DNA of 64,000 nucleotides. Origin: Octopus sinensis (taxonomy: Eukaryota). Below the pieces are notes generated by a model. That model ran no database searches and was not told where the DNA came from. It worked only from the letters and a program-made list of their open reading frames with translations. The DNA lies in contig NC_043008.1 of NCBI RefSeq assembly GCF_006345805.1, positions 30,442,001-30,506,000 of the forward strand, in the 5' to 3' direction. Shown here in pieces: positions 1 to 13,624 of the stretch (its first letter is position 1; the number at the start of each line of letters is the position of its first letter). A program made the position numbers and the translations under genes.

Positions 1-672
1 ATCATCATCATCATCATCATCATCATCATCGTCGTCGTCGTCGTCGTCGTCGTCATCATCATTTCCATCGTCATCATCACCACCTCATCATCATATTCTT
101 CTTTTTCTTCTTCTCTTCCTTCTCCTTCTCATCCACCTTCCTCAGTTGCAATCTTACTCATACTTTCATGCATCACTTCTCGATTCCCTTTTATCTAAAA
201 AAAAATTATAACCAGGTTTTCGCTTACATCATGTGCTTCAATAAACGCGTTTATCTACATGTGTATATATTGCGTATGCATATTGTTTGTCAACATCTGT
301 ATGTAAATCTGTGTCTCTATGAATGACTGGTTTTAGTTGCTTTTGCAGTGAGTGATATGTCAATTTTTCTCAGATCAACCATAATAAAGGAATGCTTTGA
401 TCAAAGGCTATTTATCTGTAACCTTTATTCAGGTATCTTTTCTATGGTACAACATAATCCAATAAGGACCATCGATTTTTAAAAGGCAGTATGGGTGATT
501 TGGAAGATATTTGTAGGTGGTTGATTGACCTCGCTGGTTCGCATTACTATCCACCTGTATATGAGAGACATTTTGTGTGATTTCTTCATTGTAATAGTTT
601 ATTTACCCTACTCAGTAGCATATTTCCAAAGAAAATACGTTAAAAATACTTTGTGCATTGATATATATGTAA

Positions 673-821
<149 letters not shown>

Positions 822-1324
822 CAAATCAGACCTTCATATGTAGATAAATGTTTCTATGTACCTGAATGTGTATGGACGTCTGTATGTTTAACGATGTGTG
901 CTTCTAATATTTGTGAGTTCATAAATGCATGCGTATCTATGCTTTCTACATATATTTATATCTTATGTTATACAGACATCTACATCTTATGTATATTATT
1001 TTACATTTGAGGAGACTTTATTCTAAAGTGCAATTGCCCATTTTTAATAAAGTTTATTTCATTATACTTAGCCTAAATCTCCGTCTAAAAATTCTGCCCT
1101 CATCGGTAACTACTCCAGTTGTATGATTAATGGTGACATAAACTTGTAACAATGTGATATTCCAGAGTGTAACTAATCACCCACACACACACATGTATAT
1201 ATATGCTTATATGTATCAATATATATATATATACACACATACACACATATATATGTGAGTATACATATATACATATATATACTTATATATATACATACAT
1301 ATAAATACATATATATATATAATT

Positions 1325-1597
1325 ATAATAAAGGGTTATTTGCAACAAGTTGCTTAAACCACATATCGAAAATATTAGAAATAGCAGCCATATAGGTTAC
1401 CATTACTATTACTACAAAAATAAGTCTCCACAAACAACAGTATTTGTAACCCGTATATGGTAAAGAGAACGGTTACAAATACTGTTGTTTGTGGATACTT
1501 ATGTTTGTAGTAATAGTAATGGTAACCTATTTGGCTGCTATTTCTAATATTTTCGGTATGTGGTTTAAGCAACTTGTTGCAAATAACCCTTTATTAT
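1325..1597. repeat. Near-perfect palindrome, approx. 127-bp arms with 19-bp spacer
   Basis: ataataaagggttatttgcaacaagttgcttaaacc...gtaacc (to 1451) is mirrored from 1471 (ggttac...ggtttaagcaacttgttgcaaataaccctttattat). Confidence 0.95.
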
Positions 1598-4500
1598 TAT
1601 TATATATAATTTTTACCGAATATGGTCCTTTCCATACCGAAAAACTACTAGGTGAAATTTACTAATTTTATTAAATTAACTATATTTCACCCTTTATATG
1701 TATCGAATATATATATATATATTCACATATATAACTATATATTATACACTCATACACACATACCCACATACACAAACAAACACACATACTCATGCACGCA
1801 CACTCTCTCACACACACACATATGCGAGTGTGTGTAAGAGGGAGGGATGTGAGTATGTGTGTATGTACATGTGTTTATACGTGCTTGACTGTGTGTATGT
1901 GCTTGTATTTAATTACGTATGTATGTTTCTCTTTGTGTACTTTATATGGATATCTGAAAACTCATCAATAATTTATTCTGCACAAAACTAAAAGAAGTGA
2001 GGAAGTCTTTGTAATTATAAAGAATTATAAAGAATTGTAAGAATCCCTTTATCCAGTAGTACATTGCGTGTGCAGATTCCATTGCGAATTACGACGCGGA
2101 CTTTGTTTAGCGGTGTTTATATATGTAATTATTTAAATATGTATTGAACTATTTATTGAGAAGTCATTCATTCAAGTTGTTGTCGTGCTCACAGCAGTCT
2201 GTAAAGATTTTAAATTAAAACTATTTCGCATGCGTGTAATTGTGACATAAAGTGTAATAGAAATAATCGAAGCCAAGTGACTGGCAGCCTATTAATTATG
2301 CCATATGTAATTAAAAAGAATGTCTAGACAGTATAAATCAGTAAAAAATTAATATTAAAAATTAGAAATATATTTTTCATTTTAGTTTGTTAGACCATTA
2401 CACTTTTCGTGAAATTGCGTTTCTCTCAATATTTATTTTTCTGAATAGGAAGAATAAACCATATTTCCATTTAATATTTTTAATATTTCTTTTTACATTT
2501 GAGTAATATCAACTTATTTGCAACTGTAGTCGCGCAATCTATTATATATACTGGCTTATTATGCCGCTAACAGTTTTGAATTTTACCTCTATGAAAGACA
2601 TAATATTTATCTTAAATAATAATTTATTTCATCATGCTGATGGACCAATCGTCTTTGAGTGACCACATTCATAGTCTGAATACATTAAACATCGATAATA
2701 TCCAACGTAGATATTATTACATGACTCTTGTTTTTTTTTAAATTGCATTGTGTTTAAGGAGTTTATTTCGCAATCATTTGGATTGCAATTCGTTCCTACT
2801 TTGTGGCTAGTTGTGCAAATATATTTTCCCAAACCTGGAGTGAACGAAGTCTTTCTAACTGAAAGTTTTAATGGTTGGTTGTTTATCTCCAAGCGAATTC
2901 TGAATGGGTAAATATATAGCTGAAGTCATACCTGCTGTGAGTATCCACTCTTTTAGGAGTATCTAGGCTCATATGTTCCAATATGTTTTTTTCCTCCATT
3001 TTTGAAACGGTAGTATGCGCTTTCTGACTAATTCGCTGCTATTCTTAGAAGGTTGAGAAGCTGTGGAATCTTCCAGAAACTATGTGAAAGCACATTGTGC
3101 ACACACAGACAGGGATTCCTTATCCCTTTCTCCCTCGGTCTCTCTCTCGCTCTCTCTCTCAATAAAACATACACATTTACACACACACACATACTGTAGA
3201 TAAAAATCATCCAAATACAACTAGTACGGTTATGCGATGAAAAGTCGTCAAAACACATATATTTAAAACCGTAAGCTACACAAGTCTGACTATTTTAATG
3301 GTAAGTCGGAAAGCCGAAAATGGTATGGAAATACGAAATGAAAGAACAGCAGTACGGGAATGTGTACAATGAAAATAGATGCACAGGTGAAAGACATATT
3401 AGAAATTCTTTTGTTTCGAGTTATACCCTTTATCGAAGTTAAAATTGATATTAAATGAATAAAAAGAAAGTCATGTCCAATTTACAAGGTCTGTTTATAT
3501 GGCAGGCCTAGTGTATTTCAGATGTGTTTGTGTGTGCCTGTGTGGGTGTATATGTGCGTCTACGTATGTCTACCTATATCCATTTTGCACTTCAACCTTC
3601 ATATTTGATTACATAAGTACTAGGCAGATTGAAATTGTCTATACTTTAGGTGGTGTTCCACCTTAACTATGACCCAATTGAGGAAGCTGTAAAAAAATAG
3701 ATAAAATAATGTTCGATTAATTTCTTCCTAATCTCTTATGTATTAAATTTATAACACTAACCTATGAGGGTTAAATATTGCCTTGAAATGTTTTCCAGCC
3801 TCCCATTATTTACTTGCGAAGCTTTTGTATAAATTTCATCTCTTTCACCCATGTGTCTCTACTAGTATTATAACCAAGGAGAGTTCGTGCATGATCGTGT
3901 TGAATGGTTTCTGCTTCGTATTCGTTACTTGTCTCGCCATGCGTTTAAATCCAAAATGCCTTGTAACCCCGTATGTGTGAATAAATACTGATTTAATTAC
4001 TCAAACTAATGATTGTGGAATCGATGTGTATTGTCACAATACTGGTTTCAGCAACTTCCGAAGGTTTTGCTGTGGTAAATGGGCCTGCCTAAGATGTACT
4101 ACACGCAAATATTTCGTTAACCGTGTATAACAGTGCAATAGATTATGAGATCTCTGATAAATGAAAAGACTGTCATTGGGTTTCTCTCCACAGTTTGAAC
4201 TGCCTCACCTCATAAATTAACTAACTTTTCGTTATCAATAAAGTTATAAACTTTATTTATCTTAACAATCCAGATTTTAATTACTAAGTAGGATTAGTGC
4301 ATTGATCCGCAAATTATCCCTCTTTCATTATATTAACAATGGATGGAATGCTTTCCGTCATAGGGAACCTACTGAAATCTACTCTGACATGATTCAATAA
4401 GATTACAAGAAGCCATGACCTGATACAACAAAATCTCTCATCTGTATACCCCATGCTTAATCAACTTTAATGAATCTTATAATTATATCGTTGATATCAT

Positions 4501-5440
4501 AGTAATAAATGTGTTGTGTGTGCATGTTGGATTTGAACCACAAAATTGCAAGTTAACGTTTCTGAATAAATAACCTATAATATTCTTGTAAGAAAATCTA
4601 ACCTTATGACCAACAGTTTGTTTTTCATCATTCTGTAGATAAATACATATCTGTTAGTAAATAAAATTACTGTGTAAACCAAATTCCGTAGAACATTAAT
4701 ATCTACAATCATACATTTGAAGCAGTAATCTTCATCCGTAAATTAAAGAGACGAAAGTACATCGATAGCATTTAATTACTAATATATTGAGGATCAGTAA
4801 AGGAAGTTCAGCTATGAAGGTGAACTCTAACGTTGTCAGTAGATTCCATATGAAAGGAGTTGACCCTAGACTGACTTTAAAAAGCTTTAGTCATTAAAAT
4901 ATCCTATTTGTATAATCTTACTTGTTATGTGACATTAAACTAAGATTCAAATCTATAAAGACTGTCATTTTGATTACGAACCGGAGAGAATTTCTCAAAT
5001 TATTGTTATAAATATCAAGAGATAGATTAATGTTTGCAGTTATTTCTAAATGGAGTTGTATTGTACAAAGTGTCCCTAAAGTCAACGAACAGCTAAAAAT
5101 ATATTTCTGTATGTTTAGATTAGTTTCACTAAAGGTTATTACTATGTCAACCTCTTCGTGACATTTGAGACACTGCTTAAAGGGAATCTTGTTAAAACTA
5201 ATACTGACTTGCTTCCATCTTTTGAAACATTTATACCGTTTACTTCCCTGGTTCTTAATCAAGAAGCCTTAAATATTTCCAATATAAGGTGCTTCATAAA
5301 ATGTTTTTATATAAAGTTTCCTTAATTTTCTAGTGGTATAATAAATATAATTTTATTTTTTATTCCTTTATATTCCTGTTGATGAAAGTTGAGTGAAATC
5401 ATTGTTCTAACAATGTATTTTATCATTTTATCTTTTGCAG

Positions 5441-5464
5441 ATAACACAGTAAAAAAGAACGGTT
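5441..5464 (+). CDS. Candidate 24-nt phase-symmetric microexon ((D)NTVKKNG)
   Basis: tatcattttatcttttgcag|ATAACACAGTAAAAAAGAACGGTT|gtgagt: strong polypyrimidine acceptor, near-consensus donor, 24 nt, open in phase 1, same strand and phase as the Ig exon. Confidence 0.55.
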
Positions 5465-6149
5465 GTGAGTATCATTTGCTTAAGAATATCTATGTGTGTT
5501 CTGCAGGTATACTTGTTTGGCAAGTGATTATATCCGTGATTGTATGTTGCGACTAAAATGATTGTATTTTTGTAAAGTCTTTGTAACCAGTAAAGAAAAT
5601 ACACATTAACTGTAACTTAAGTAAGTTAATCTGATGAATCTATTATTCTCCAACCATACAGCTCTGAAATAAAACAATAGAAGAAATCACTTTTCAAATA
5701 CAAATCACTGTCAATTTTGCGGTCGAAAAATTCTAAAGATCTCGCAAGGTTAGAACCAACCAACAAAATAACTTATCGGATAACTTACGTAGTCGGTCTT
5801 TCAGAAGTATTTCAAGCTGGATATTTGTTTATCATTTGATATAAAGACTTGACCTTAATATTTACTTGGGTATTATTATTCAGCACTGAAGTCGATGGAA
5901 TCGACTTCCTCACTTCTCAGAAATCGCTGGCCTTGTGCCAAAATTTGGAACCATCATAATCATTACCGAGCTGAAAGAACTGTTAGCAGCCTGGGCAAAA
6001 TATTTAGCAACATTTCCTCCATATTTACGTTCAGATATGAAATTCCGCTAGGGTCGACTTTATCTTTCATCCATTTGGGCTCAATAAAATAAATACCAGT
6101 TGAGTGATAGGATCAATGATATCACCTAAACAAAATGTGAGCGTCGAGA

Positions 6150-6834
6150 ATCAACTGGCTGGTCGGTTCAGGAGGGTTTTCGGGGTATGGAAGTGCCATC
6201 ATCCGGATTTGCACTAGGTGTACACAGAGACACGAAACTGTTCTGCACGCTCTCGTCCAGTGCCCGAGCATTGCTGAATTGAGAGTTTAAATCGAACATC
6301 TGCTGTTATGTGAAAGACGGATCTAATTATCAGCTGAATCCATTGTAAAGATAGTACCACTGCCTTCTTTTTTCCGGAAAGGGCAGGCTGTGTTTCTTTG
6401 TCTGGTGACCTTAGCAAAAAAGTTTAAGAGTGCTGAAGACAGATATGTTCCTTTTTAACGAAACCCTCATCAACTTTTTCAAGTTTCACTTGAAAAGGTA
6501 GATTTGAGAAGTGCTACCTCCAAGCAATTTTATTAAAAGGTGGGAAAATGCGGAAGGAAGGTAAGAGTCAGCGTGCCTACTCTAAGCATGAATCTGTACA
6601 TTGAAGTAGGACGATTTGGAGAGGGCACTCACCCTAGTAGTCAAGTTTCCCGTGTCTCTGTGGGGTTTCCACGAGTAGTCCTAGGAAGGCTGCCTCTCTT
6701 TTGCGGAAGTTTTCATTGTTAATATCAATTTAGTTATCGTTTTCACTGTTTACACGTTTCATTTTGTGCAAACCCACGTTGTATTGTCTTGTCCGCAAAT
6801 ACTTTTGTGAACCCTTACAGGTTAATAAATAAAA
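6150..6834 (+). mobile_element. 3' end of Tx1/L1-clade LINE (zinc-knuckle region and 3' UTR)
   Basis: Frame with ETVLHALVQCPSIAEL..IEHLL...LSAESIVKI..AVFLCLV...NFFKFHLKR; ends at ttaataaataaaa followed by (CAT)n/(TAT)n. Confidence 0.7.
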
Positions 6835-6866
6835 CATCATCATCATCATTAGTATCATCATCATCA

Positions 6867-6930
<64 letters not shown>

Positions 6931-6933
6931 TAC

Positions 6934-6966
<33 letters not shown>

Positions 6967-6980
6967 TATTATTATTATTA

Positions 6981-7028
<48 letters not shown>

Positions 7029-7045
7029 TATTATTATTATTGTTG
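6835..7045. repeat. Compound (CAT)n/(ATT)n microsatellite
   Basis: Direct reading. Similar trinucleotide tracts at 1-90, 22075-22182, 22563-22637, 34495-34745, 44351-44523, 44960-45150, 51540-51710, 52270-52450, 58922-59004 and 62350-62677. Confidence 0.98.
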
Positions 7046-8662
7046 TTGTCCTAATTATTATTTTCATTATTTAGTCTCTATTCAACAAGGACGCTTGAGA
7101 CAATTCAGAAAAACTTTTCAAACTGAGAAACATAGACGAGCATTAATTTAAAAGAGAGAAATTTTCATAAAGTTAAACATTTCATAAATGTTAAATATTT
7201 CAATAGATGGGTATATGTCAGCATTCAGTATTCTTTTTATTAGAATTCTGTTATAATATCCCAAAAACTCATCAAATGCGTTAGGCGTTATAGCAACCAT
7301 TATTTAAATTTATGAAGTGATATGACGATATTTTTGTATGAAAGAATCTGTACTATGCACCGTCATACTGCTAATATTCTTTTCGTCGGCTGTATTCTAG
7401 CAAATCTCTGAACCTGGGGTCATATTGTCCATGCCAGCTTTTATGTTCATGCGTTATGTACAAGGATTGCATTATGAAATATATTTCTTTTTAAGACAGT
7501 AAATCATGAAGTCGATATTGTAACTACTTTAAGCAGGTAGAGACCGGGTACAGTTTCACATTGGTGTAAGAGAATCACTGTTAATAATTTCACATAAGAA
7601 ACATAAATACAGGATGTTAGGTTAGTAAAACTAAATTTTTGTTTCAGGATGCATATCTATTTTGTGTTCATTACTGGCGTAAACAAAATTCCAACACTAC
7701 AAATGACGATAAATATTCGATGCAGTGTTTCTCGTCAAAGGTTTGCCTTTCTTCTAGCATTCTTGGGACATACACTTATTTCCTTATTAATGATAAATTC
7801 ATATAGTTTTAGATTTATATTGAAATTTAAAATTAATTCTATAAGGCATGAGCATTTCACCAGCTGGTAATGATGATGGAAAGTAAGGGAAATGAATCAA
7901 AACTGTTTTGGGGACCCATCGCTTCTTTGTATAAGTCTTATCGCCAACCCTGCTTTTATTTTGTTAGCAACCAAACGTATACATACATGTTCTTTTGCAC
8001 ATTCAACAATTAATTTCTGCTAACTTCTAAATAATGGTTGGGATTTTTCTCATCACGAGAAGAGGAAGAAAATTTAATATATTTCGTTACTCGTAGAATC
8101 TATTTCTGTCCGTTTTGTTAGACAAAGTTGAAAATATGTTGGATAAAATATAGAAATATCATACCAAAAAGTTGTGATGAACAATATTATCAACCTATGC
8201 AGTTCTATTGTATGAAGACAATACGAGCTTAGAATGTCTTTAGATTATGTCTAAGAATAGAGGCTTCTTTTCTCAGTCGGAATTAGATTGTAACTCACCA
8301 TAGAACCAGCATTCAATATTTAATTCTCCAAGCGAATTATTTTCCAGCTGAGTGAAACTCCAATGTAGGAAAGGAGTTTCACGATTTTGTATTAATCATA
8401 TTTAAGTCAGAGCAAATCGGTTGAGGGTATTTTTTTTACTGTTTATAGACTTATATAAAATACAAATTCTATGGACAATGCACAGTCTCACAAGAATTCG
8501 TTATAAATTTATCTTTATTATATGAAATAAGAAAATACATCTGTACTCACTTGAAAGGCAAACTTCAGCTAGTTTCATTTCATTTCTGAAGATAATTAAT
8601 GCCTTTGTTTATGGAAATAACATACAAAATTATATACATACGTACTGCTAACCTCACCCCGG

Positions 8663-8693
<31 letters not shown>

Positions 8694-10093
8694 TTATATA
8701 TATATACACATACACACTCACAAATACTCACACATACACACACATGCGCACAGACACACACGAGCAGACACACACACTCACACATACACACACACATATA
8801 TTGATAGTCTAATGTGATAAATTTGCAAATGTATTTTCGCTAAATCATATTTTTACCATTGATTATATTGATGATACTTAGAAAATGTTTCTCTCTATTA
8901 ATTTACTTACTTAAATTCTTACTGAGATAAATCAAAGAAAACCAAGCCGTATCTGATGGAGCAATTAATAAAAATATATAAATGAATACAAGTGACTATA
9001 ATAATGGAGAATCTTTAGAAATCTCAATAGCAATAACTTTCATGTAGTTTCAAACTTGAGATAATTTAATATTCAATTGTAATGCTAGCTTTCAATGGAC
9101 TTCTTGAAAGATTTCAACGATAGCATGATATTTACATCTAAGTGTCCCAGCATTGACAAATGAAAGAATTATATCAGGAAAAAAGTGACACGTATGTATA
9201 AATATGGAATATTCGTCTCTGTTTATCCACATATATACTATCAAACCCGATAAACACTAATGTAAGTCACTTTCAATAATATTTCTTCATCCTTCATTTT
9301 TGAATAAAGAATTTGGAATGGGGATAAAAGGTCGAACTGAAATAAATACCCCAAACTTTACAGTTATTAAATTTCTGATAAATCTTCTATAGCTCCAGAG
9401 AACTTTGTATAATTGCTTCGAACATAATCGATTAAAATCATATTTCGTAAAATGTCTTTACTGGAAATATTGGAAACCTAAATCCATATAATTGCTTGTT
9501 TCCGCTGGGTTCTGCTTTCATCTATTTGAAGTAAACTAAACGAATATTCAAAAGTGCCTAACGTTTTAATTTTCTTTTCAACTTTTCATCCAGACGTAGA
9601 TGTCGAAGTCTCTTACTTTTATGACGAAAGTTTTAGTTTTCTTTTTGACTTCAGCAATATATTTGTAATTTTGATGGTATATAGTACATAGGAAAACGTG
9701 ATAGTAGATACCGGATAATAAATCAAGTTTCGGTAAAATAAAATACATGAAACGCTTGTAAATTCTCTGTAAAGTTACATAAATTCATTCGTGTTTCCAA
9801 TTTCATGTTTAATGCACAAGTATTTTATAGTATTGAGTTATATTTCTCTTTTGGGGTCTGAGTTCAAACTTCGTGTATTTGTAAAAACACCAGATTTATT
9901 TAGAAGGAATTTGTCTCCAGATTAATATTCCCTATACGTACAGGTCATCGTTTGCGAAAAGTTATTGAAGAACTACCAGTAGATTGTAATGTTGTTGTTG
10001 CTTAGGCCAATTGGACATTGGTCAACATATGATGTGCTGTAGATAATCCATCATCGTAAGAGCAATCTACAGATATAATGTTGCATAAACGTG

Positions 10094-10126
<33 letters not shown>

Positions 10127-12569
10127 TTGCGCGTGCGCGCGTGTGTGTGTGCGTTGATACGAATTCTTATTTATATTAATATCATTCTTTAGGCACCGAG
10201 AAATCTAGCAGGCCTACTATCAAAAATATATGACTTTTGACAGTATACTTGCTTAATCATTCACACACTACCGTGTGAGTAATATTATTAAAGTCAACAT
10301 TTACTCACTCACGACCACTTCAAGGCTTCGTCACTAACTCTGTTTTTAATCAAATTAGATGATGTTTACATTTTTAGGTTGGTTACATCTTAAGCTACAA
10401 GCTAAAAATTTGAAAATTGGTTCAATAGAAAAAAGTTTGAGTTAAATATGTGAGGCCACAAATGGGCCACACATATTAATGGGGATTAACACCTGAAATT
10501 GACTTCGAGTCCATTTTTTAAATAGATCTATATTTTATTTTAGCATATACGATAGAACTCGACAACAGGTATGTATCCGTGTTAGTAATATGCAAAATGC
10601 AGTAGAAAAAAATTACTCAGGTAAGAACCGGTGTAAAAAAAGATCAACGCCCGAAATCGATTTTGACCCCAAATATTCTTCTTCTTTCAAAAGAAGACAA
10701 CATTTAAATTTAACTTTTCTGATAGATCACGATTACATAATCCCATAATGCTTATTATATCATAAAAATATTTTATATACAATAAACCTACAGGGTCCAA
10801 ATGTGTCGAAAACTGTGATAACGCCTAAAAGCAAATTCAAAATATAAACATTTTGCTTTTGGGTAAAAATTTTGTTTTCGTTTAGCTCATATGATAGACC
10901 TCATCAAGAAGAGTGTCGTGGTGCCAATCTTTTAAAGAAACTATTAAAAATGAAAAAAAAAAATCATTATATATGCTAAATGTTCCAAAAGTACGTGAAA
11001 CAATTTTCAAATAATATTATTATAATTACAGTACTAAGACGACGAGCTGGCAGAGTCGATAACACGCAGGATGAAAGATTCGCGGCATTCCGTCTTTCTC
11101 TACATTCTGAGTTCAAATTCCCCCGATGTCTTCTTTGCCTTTTATCTTTTCGGTACTCGATAAAAGGAGTATCAACTGAGCACTGAGGTCGATGTAATCA
11201 ACTACCTTCCTCGCCAGATACGATGCCCTTCTGTCAAAATTAGAAACCAATATTGTAAAGTGTTTGATTCAATTCAGTATTTAGGTATCTTCCAAAGATC
11301 CAACTCATATTCATAGAATACACTATATTGTAATAAATATCATTTACACAGCAGTCTGTGACCACTTCTCAGCTTTGTCATAAGTCAGTTTTTTACCAAA
11401 TTTGAAGGTGTTTATACATTTTTACATTGGTCATCTACTATGCTACATCTTCCGATTTCAAATATGTGAGGTCAAAAAGGGGAGAATAACGCCAGAAATC
11501 GACTTCATGGCTATACATGCGACGCTGCATACATAATTACGTGAAACCAAACTCACACACACAGACTAGTAATGCACACACACATACACACACACATGCA
11601 CATACACATAATAAACTTTTAAAACTCCCATGAAGGTAAACAAAGGTGTGTGACTAATACATAGCTTTAAGGAGAGAGTAGGTAAGTTGACAACAATTGA
11701 TGGCAATTGAACTCATTTCTACTGTCCATCGTAAATAAACACTCACACACACACATACACACACATACATAGGTACATACACACATACTTATTACAGAAA
11801 AATGTAACTGAGGTTCAAAGGTTTAATCATTTTCAGAAAACAGGACTTAGAAGCTGGCATTCTCTGCATGATAGTAATCTATCAGAAAATGAAAGCAAAA
11901 TCATTATACGAGAAGGAATTTTTATGTAACAATCGAAAGTAAAGCGTTACAACGAGCAAAGATGTAAGGACTTCTGAAGTTTTAAAAACTTTTTTATTTG
12001 CATTTAAACTTTAATTCAATATTAGGCGTAGCAGAATTTACATAATCATTTCTCAGGGTATAATGACAAGATTTTTGCTTTCAGATATAATGATTTTAAT
12101 GTAAGTGAATTATATTTATAGAAATTTCAGTTTTAATTTTGTTTATGAAAACCGGATTACAATATGGAATTTTAGCATATATATAGAAACTTCATTAAAA
12201 AAAAAATTATTCCTCAAACCTTTGATACAAAATTGCTATTGTTTTTTCTTTCAATGGGCAGACCTGCAGGCTGCTTGTAATACTGTTCGGAAAAGGGAAA
12301 GGGAATGTGGCTCCTCCTGCCTTACGATGGATGCATTGTCTATTTTAGCATTTTAAATCATTTTTATATTAGCCAATGCAACCAAGCCCTGTCCAGATAA
12401 CTTTTCGTGATTTTTAGAATTTAAGAAATGATATGTGAAAATTAAAAAAACATAACATATAATTCTTATTTTAATTCAATCATCAACAATGAAATATAAT
12501 TCAAATATTTTTTTAACAAAAGAATATTTATTAGTTTAATTGCATTATCTGGAGGAAAATGGATGACAC

Positions 12570-13624
12570 TGAAAAATGCGGGCGCATGCATGTTAAAATT
12601 CTTAAGTTATTACACCAAGAAAAGTACAAAACTCTATTTCTACATTAGAATTTTCTAATTCATCAAAAGGACTCTAAAGATTAAATAAAATTAAAATTCT
12701 AGTGTACTTAAATACTGCAGCCGAGAATAACATTTTAAGAATTAATTAAAATACTTTATATTAGGTAAATTTGAAATAATTATGAGAATCTAAAAAAAAC
12801 GTAAATCTTTAGAAAATAATCAAAAGTAAATTTAAACATTTTTTAAATCATGTCTTTTGAAATATACAATTAAAACAGTCATTTTATTTAGTTGTATCAA
12901 GTACAAACAATAAAATATGAAGTTGTAAATAATATTGCACACAATTTTTTTGACTTGAATTGAAATCCCATTACAAAAAATCATTGATTGAAGTGGAATG
13001 GTCATTGAATGATTTCAAATCAACCTTATGCTCAGAAAAATTACATGAAAAATTACTTAATCCGACAAATAAATCATAAGTAAAATTTATTAGTTAGCAT
13101 GAATACAGTAGAATTAGCCTAATTCAAATTTGTCTAATTCACTACTTCACCTAATTCGGCACTTTCAGTTTTCTCCTAGGGATGAGTAATTAGGTGAATT
13201 CTAATGTATTTTTGGAAATTAGTTTTATTTTATTTCATTTTTAAAATACTACTTTTTCCAAAAATAAACCATACTGACTTAAATAATTTTGCTTAAATAA
13301 TTTTTTCTGAAAATAATAAAAACTATTGCGGCTATACATGAAAAGAGTTTCTGAATAAAAGCCCATAGGCTTAAAATCGGATGGGCTTATTTTTGGAAAA
13401 AGCTAGTAATGTTTTCATAATTTTTGTTTCAATAAAATATAGTAAATTTTTAAAATGTTATTCTCGGCTGCAATATTTTAAGTACACAAGAATTTAATTG
13501 TAAGTACATTTTAGTTTCCTTTAGAAGTGACGAATTAGGCAAATTCTACTGTAGAAATCTTGTTCTGTACTTTTCCATGTGTAATAACTTAGGAATATTT
13601 AGATGCATTCGCCCGCATTTCTCA
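12570..13624. repeat. Long imperfect inverted repeat (approx. 175-bp arms, approx. 700-bp spacer)
   Basis: 12570-12745 (aaatgcgggcgcatgcat..aagttattacac..gaaaagtaca..tgcagccgagaataacattttaa) matches the reverse complement of 13445-13624. Confidence 0.88.
13106..13206. mobile_element. Approx. 100-bp Tigger-like mini-MITE
   Basis: TA|CAGTAGAATTAGCCTAATTC ... GTAATTAGGTGAATTCTAATG|TA, with internal CTAATTC repeats. Confidence 0.55.

Noticed and set aside
3755-3800. Hammerhead-like remnant cctatgagggttaaatattgccttgaaatg
   Set aside because: The core lacks CUGA, and stems I and III cannot be assigned; too degenerate.
4600-5280. Possible decayed PLE coding sequence (114-aa minus ORF)
   Set aside because: I could not identify any diagnostic RT or GIY-YIG motif by eye.
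9594-9690. Strong polypyrimidine acceptor followed by DVDVEVSYFYDE
   Set aside because: No credible donor before the in-frame stop.
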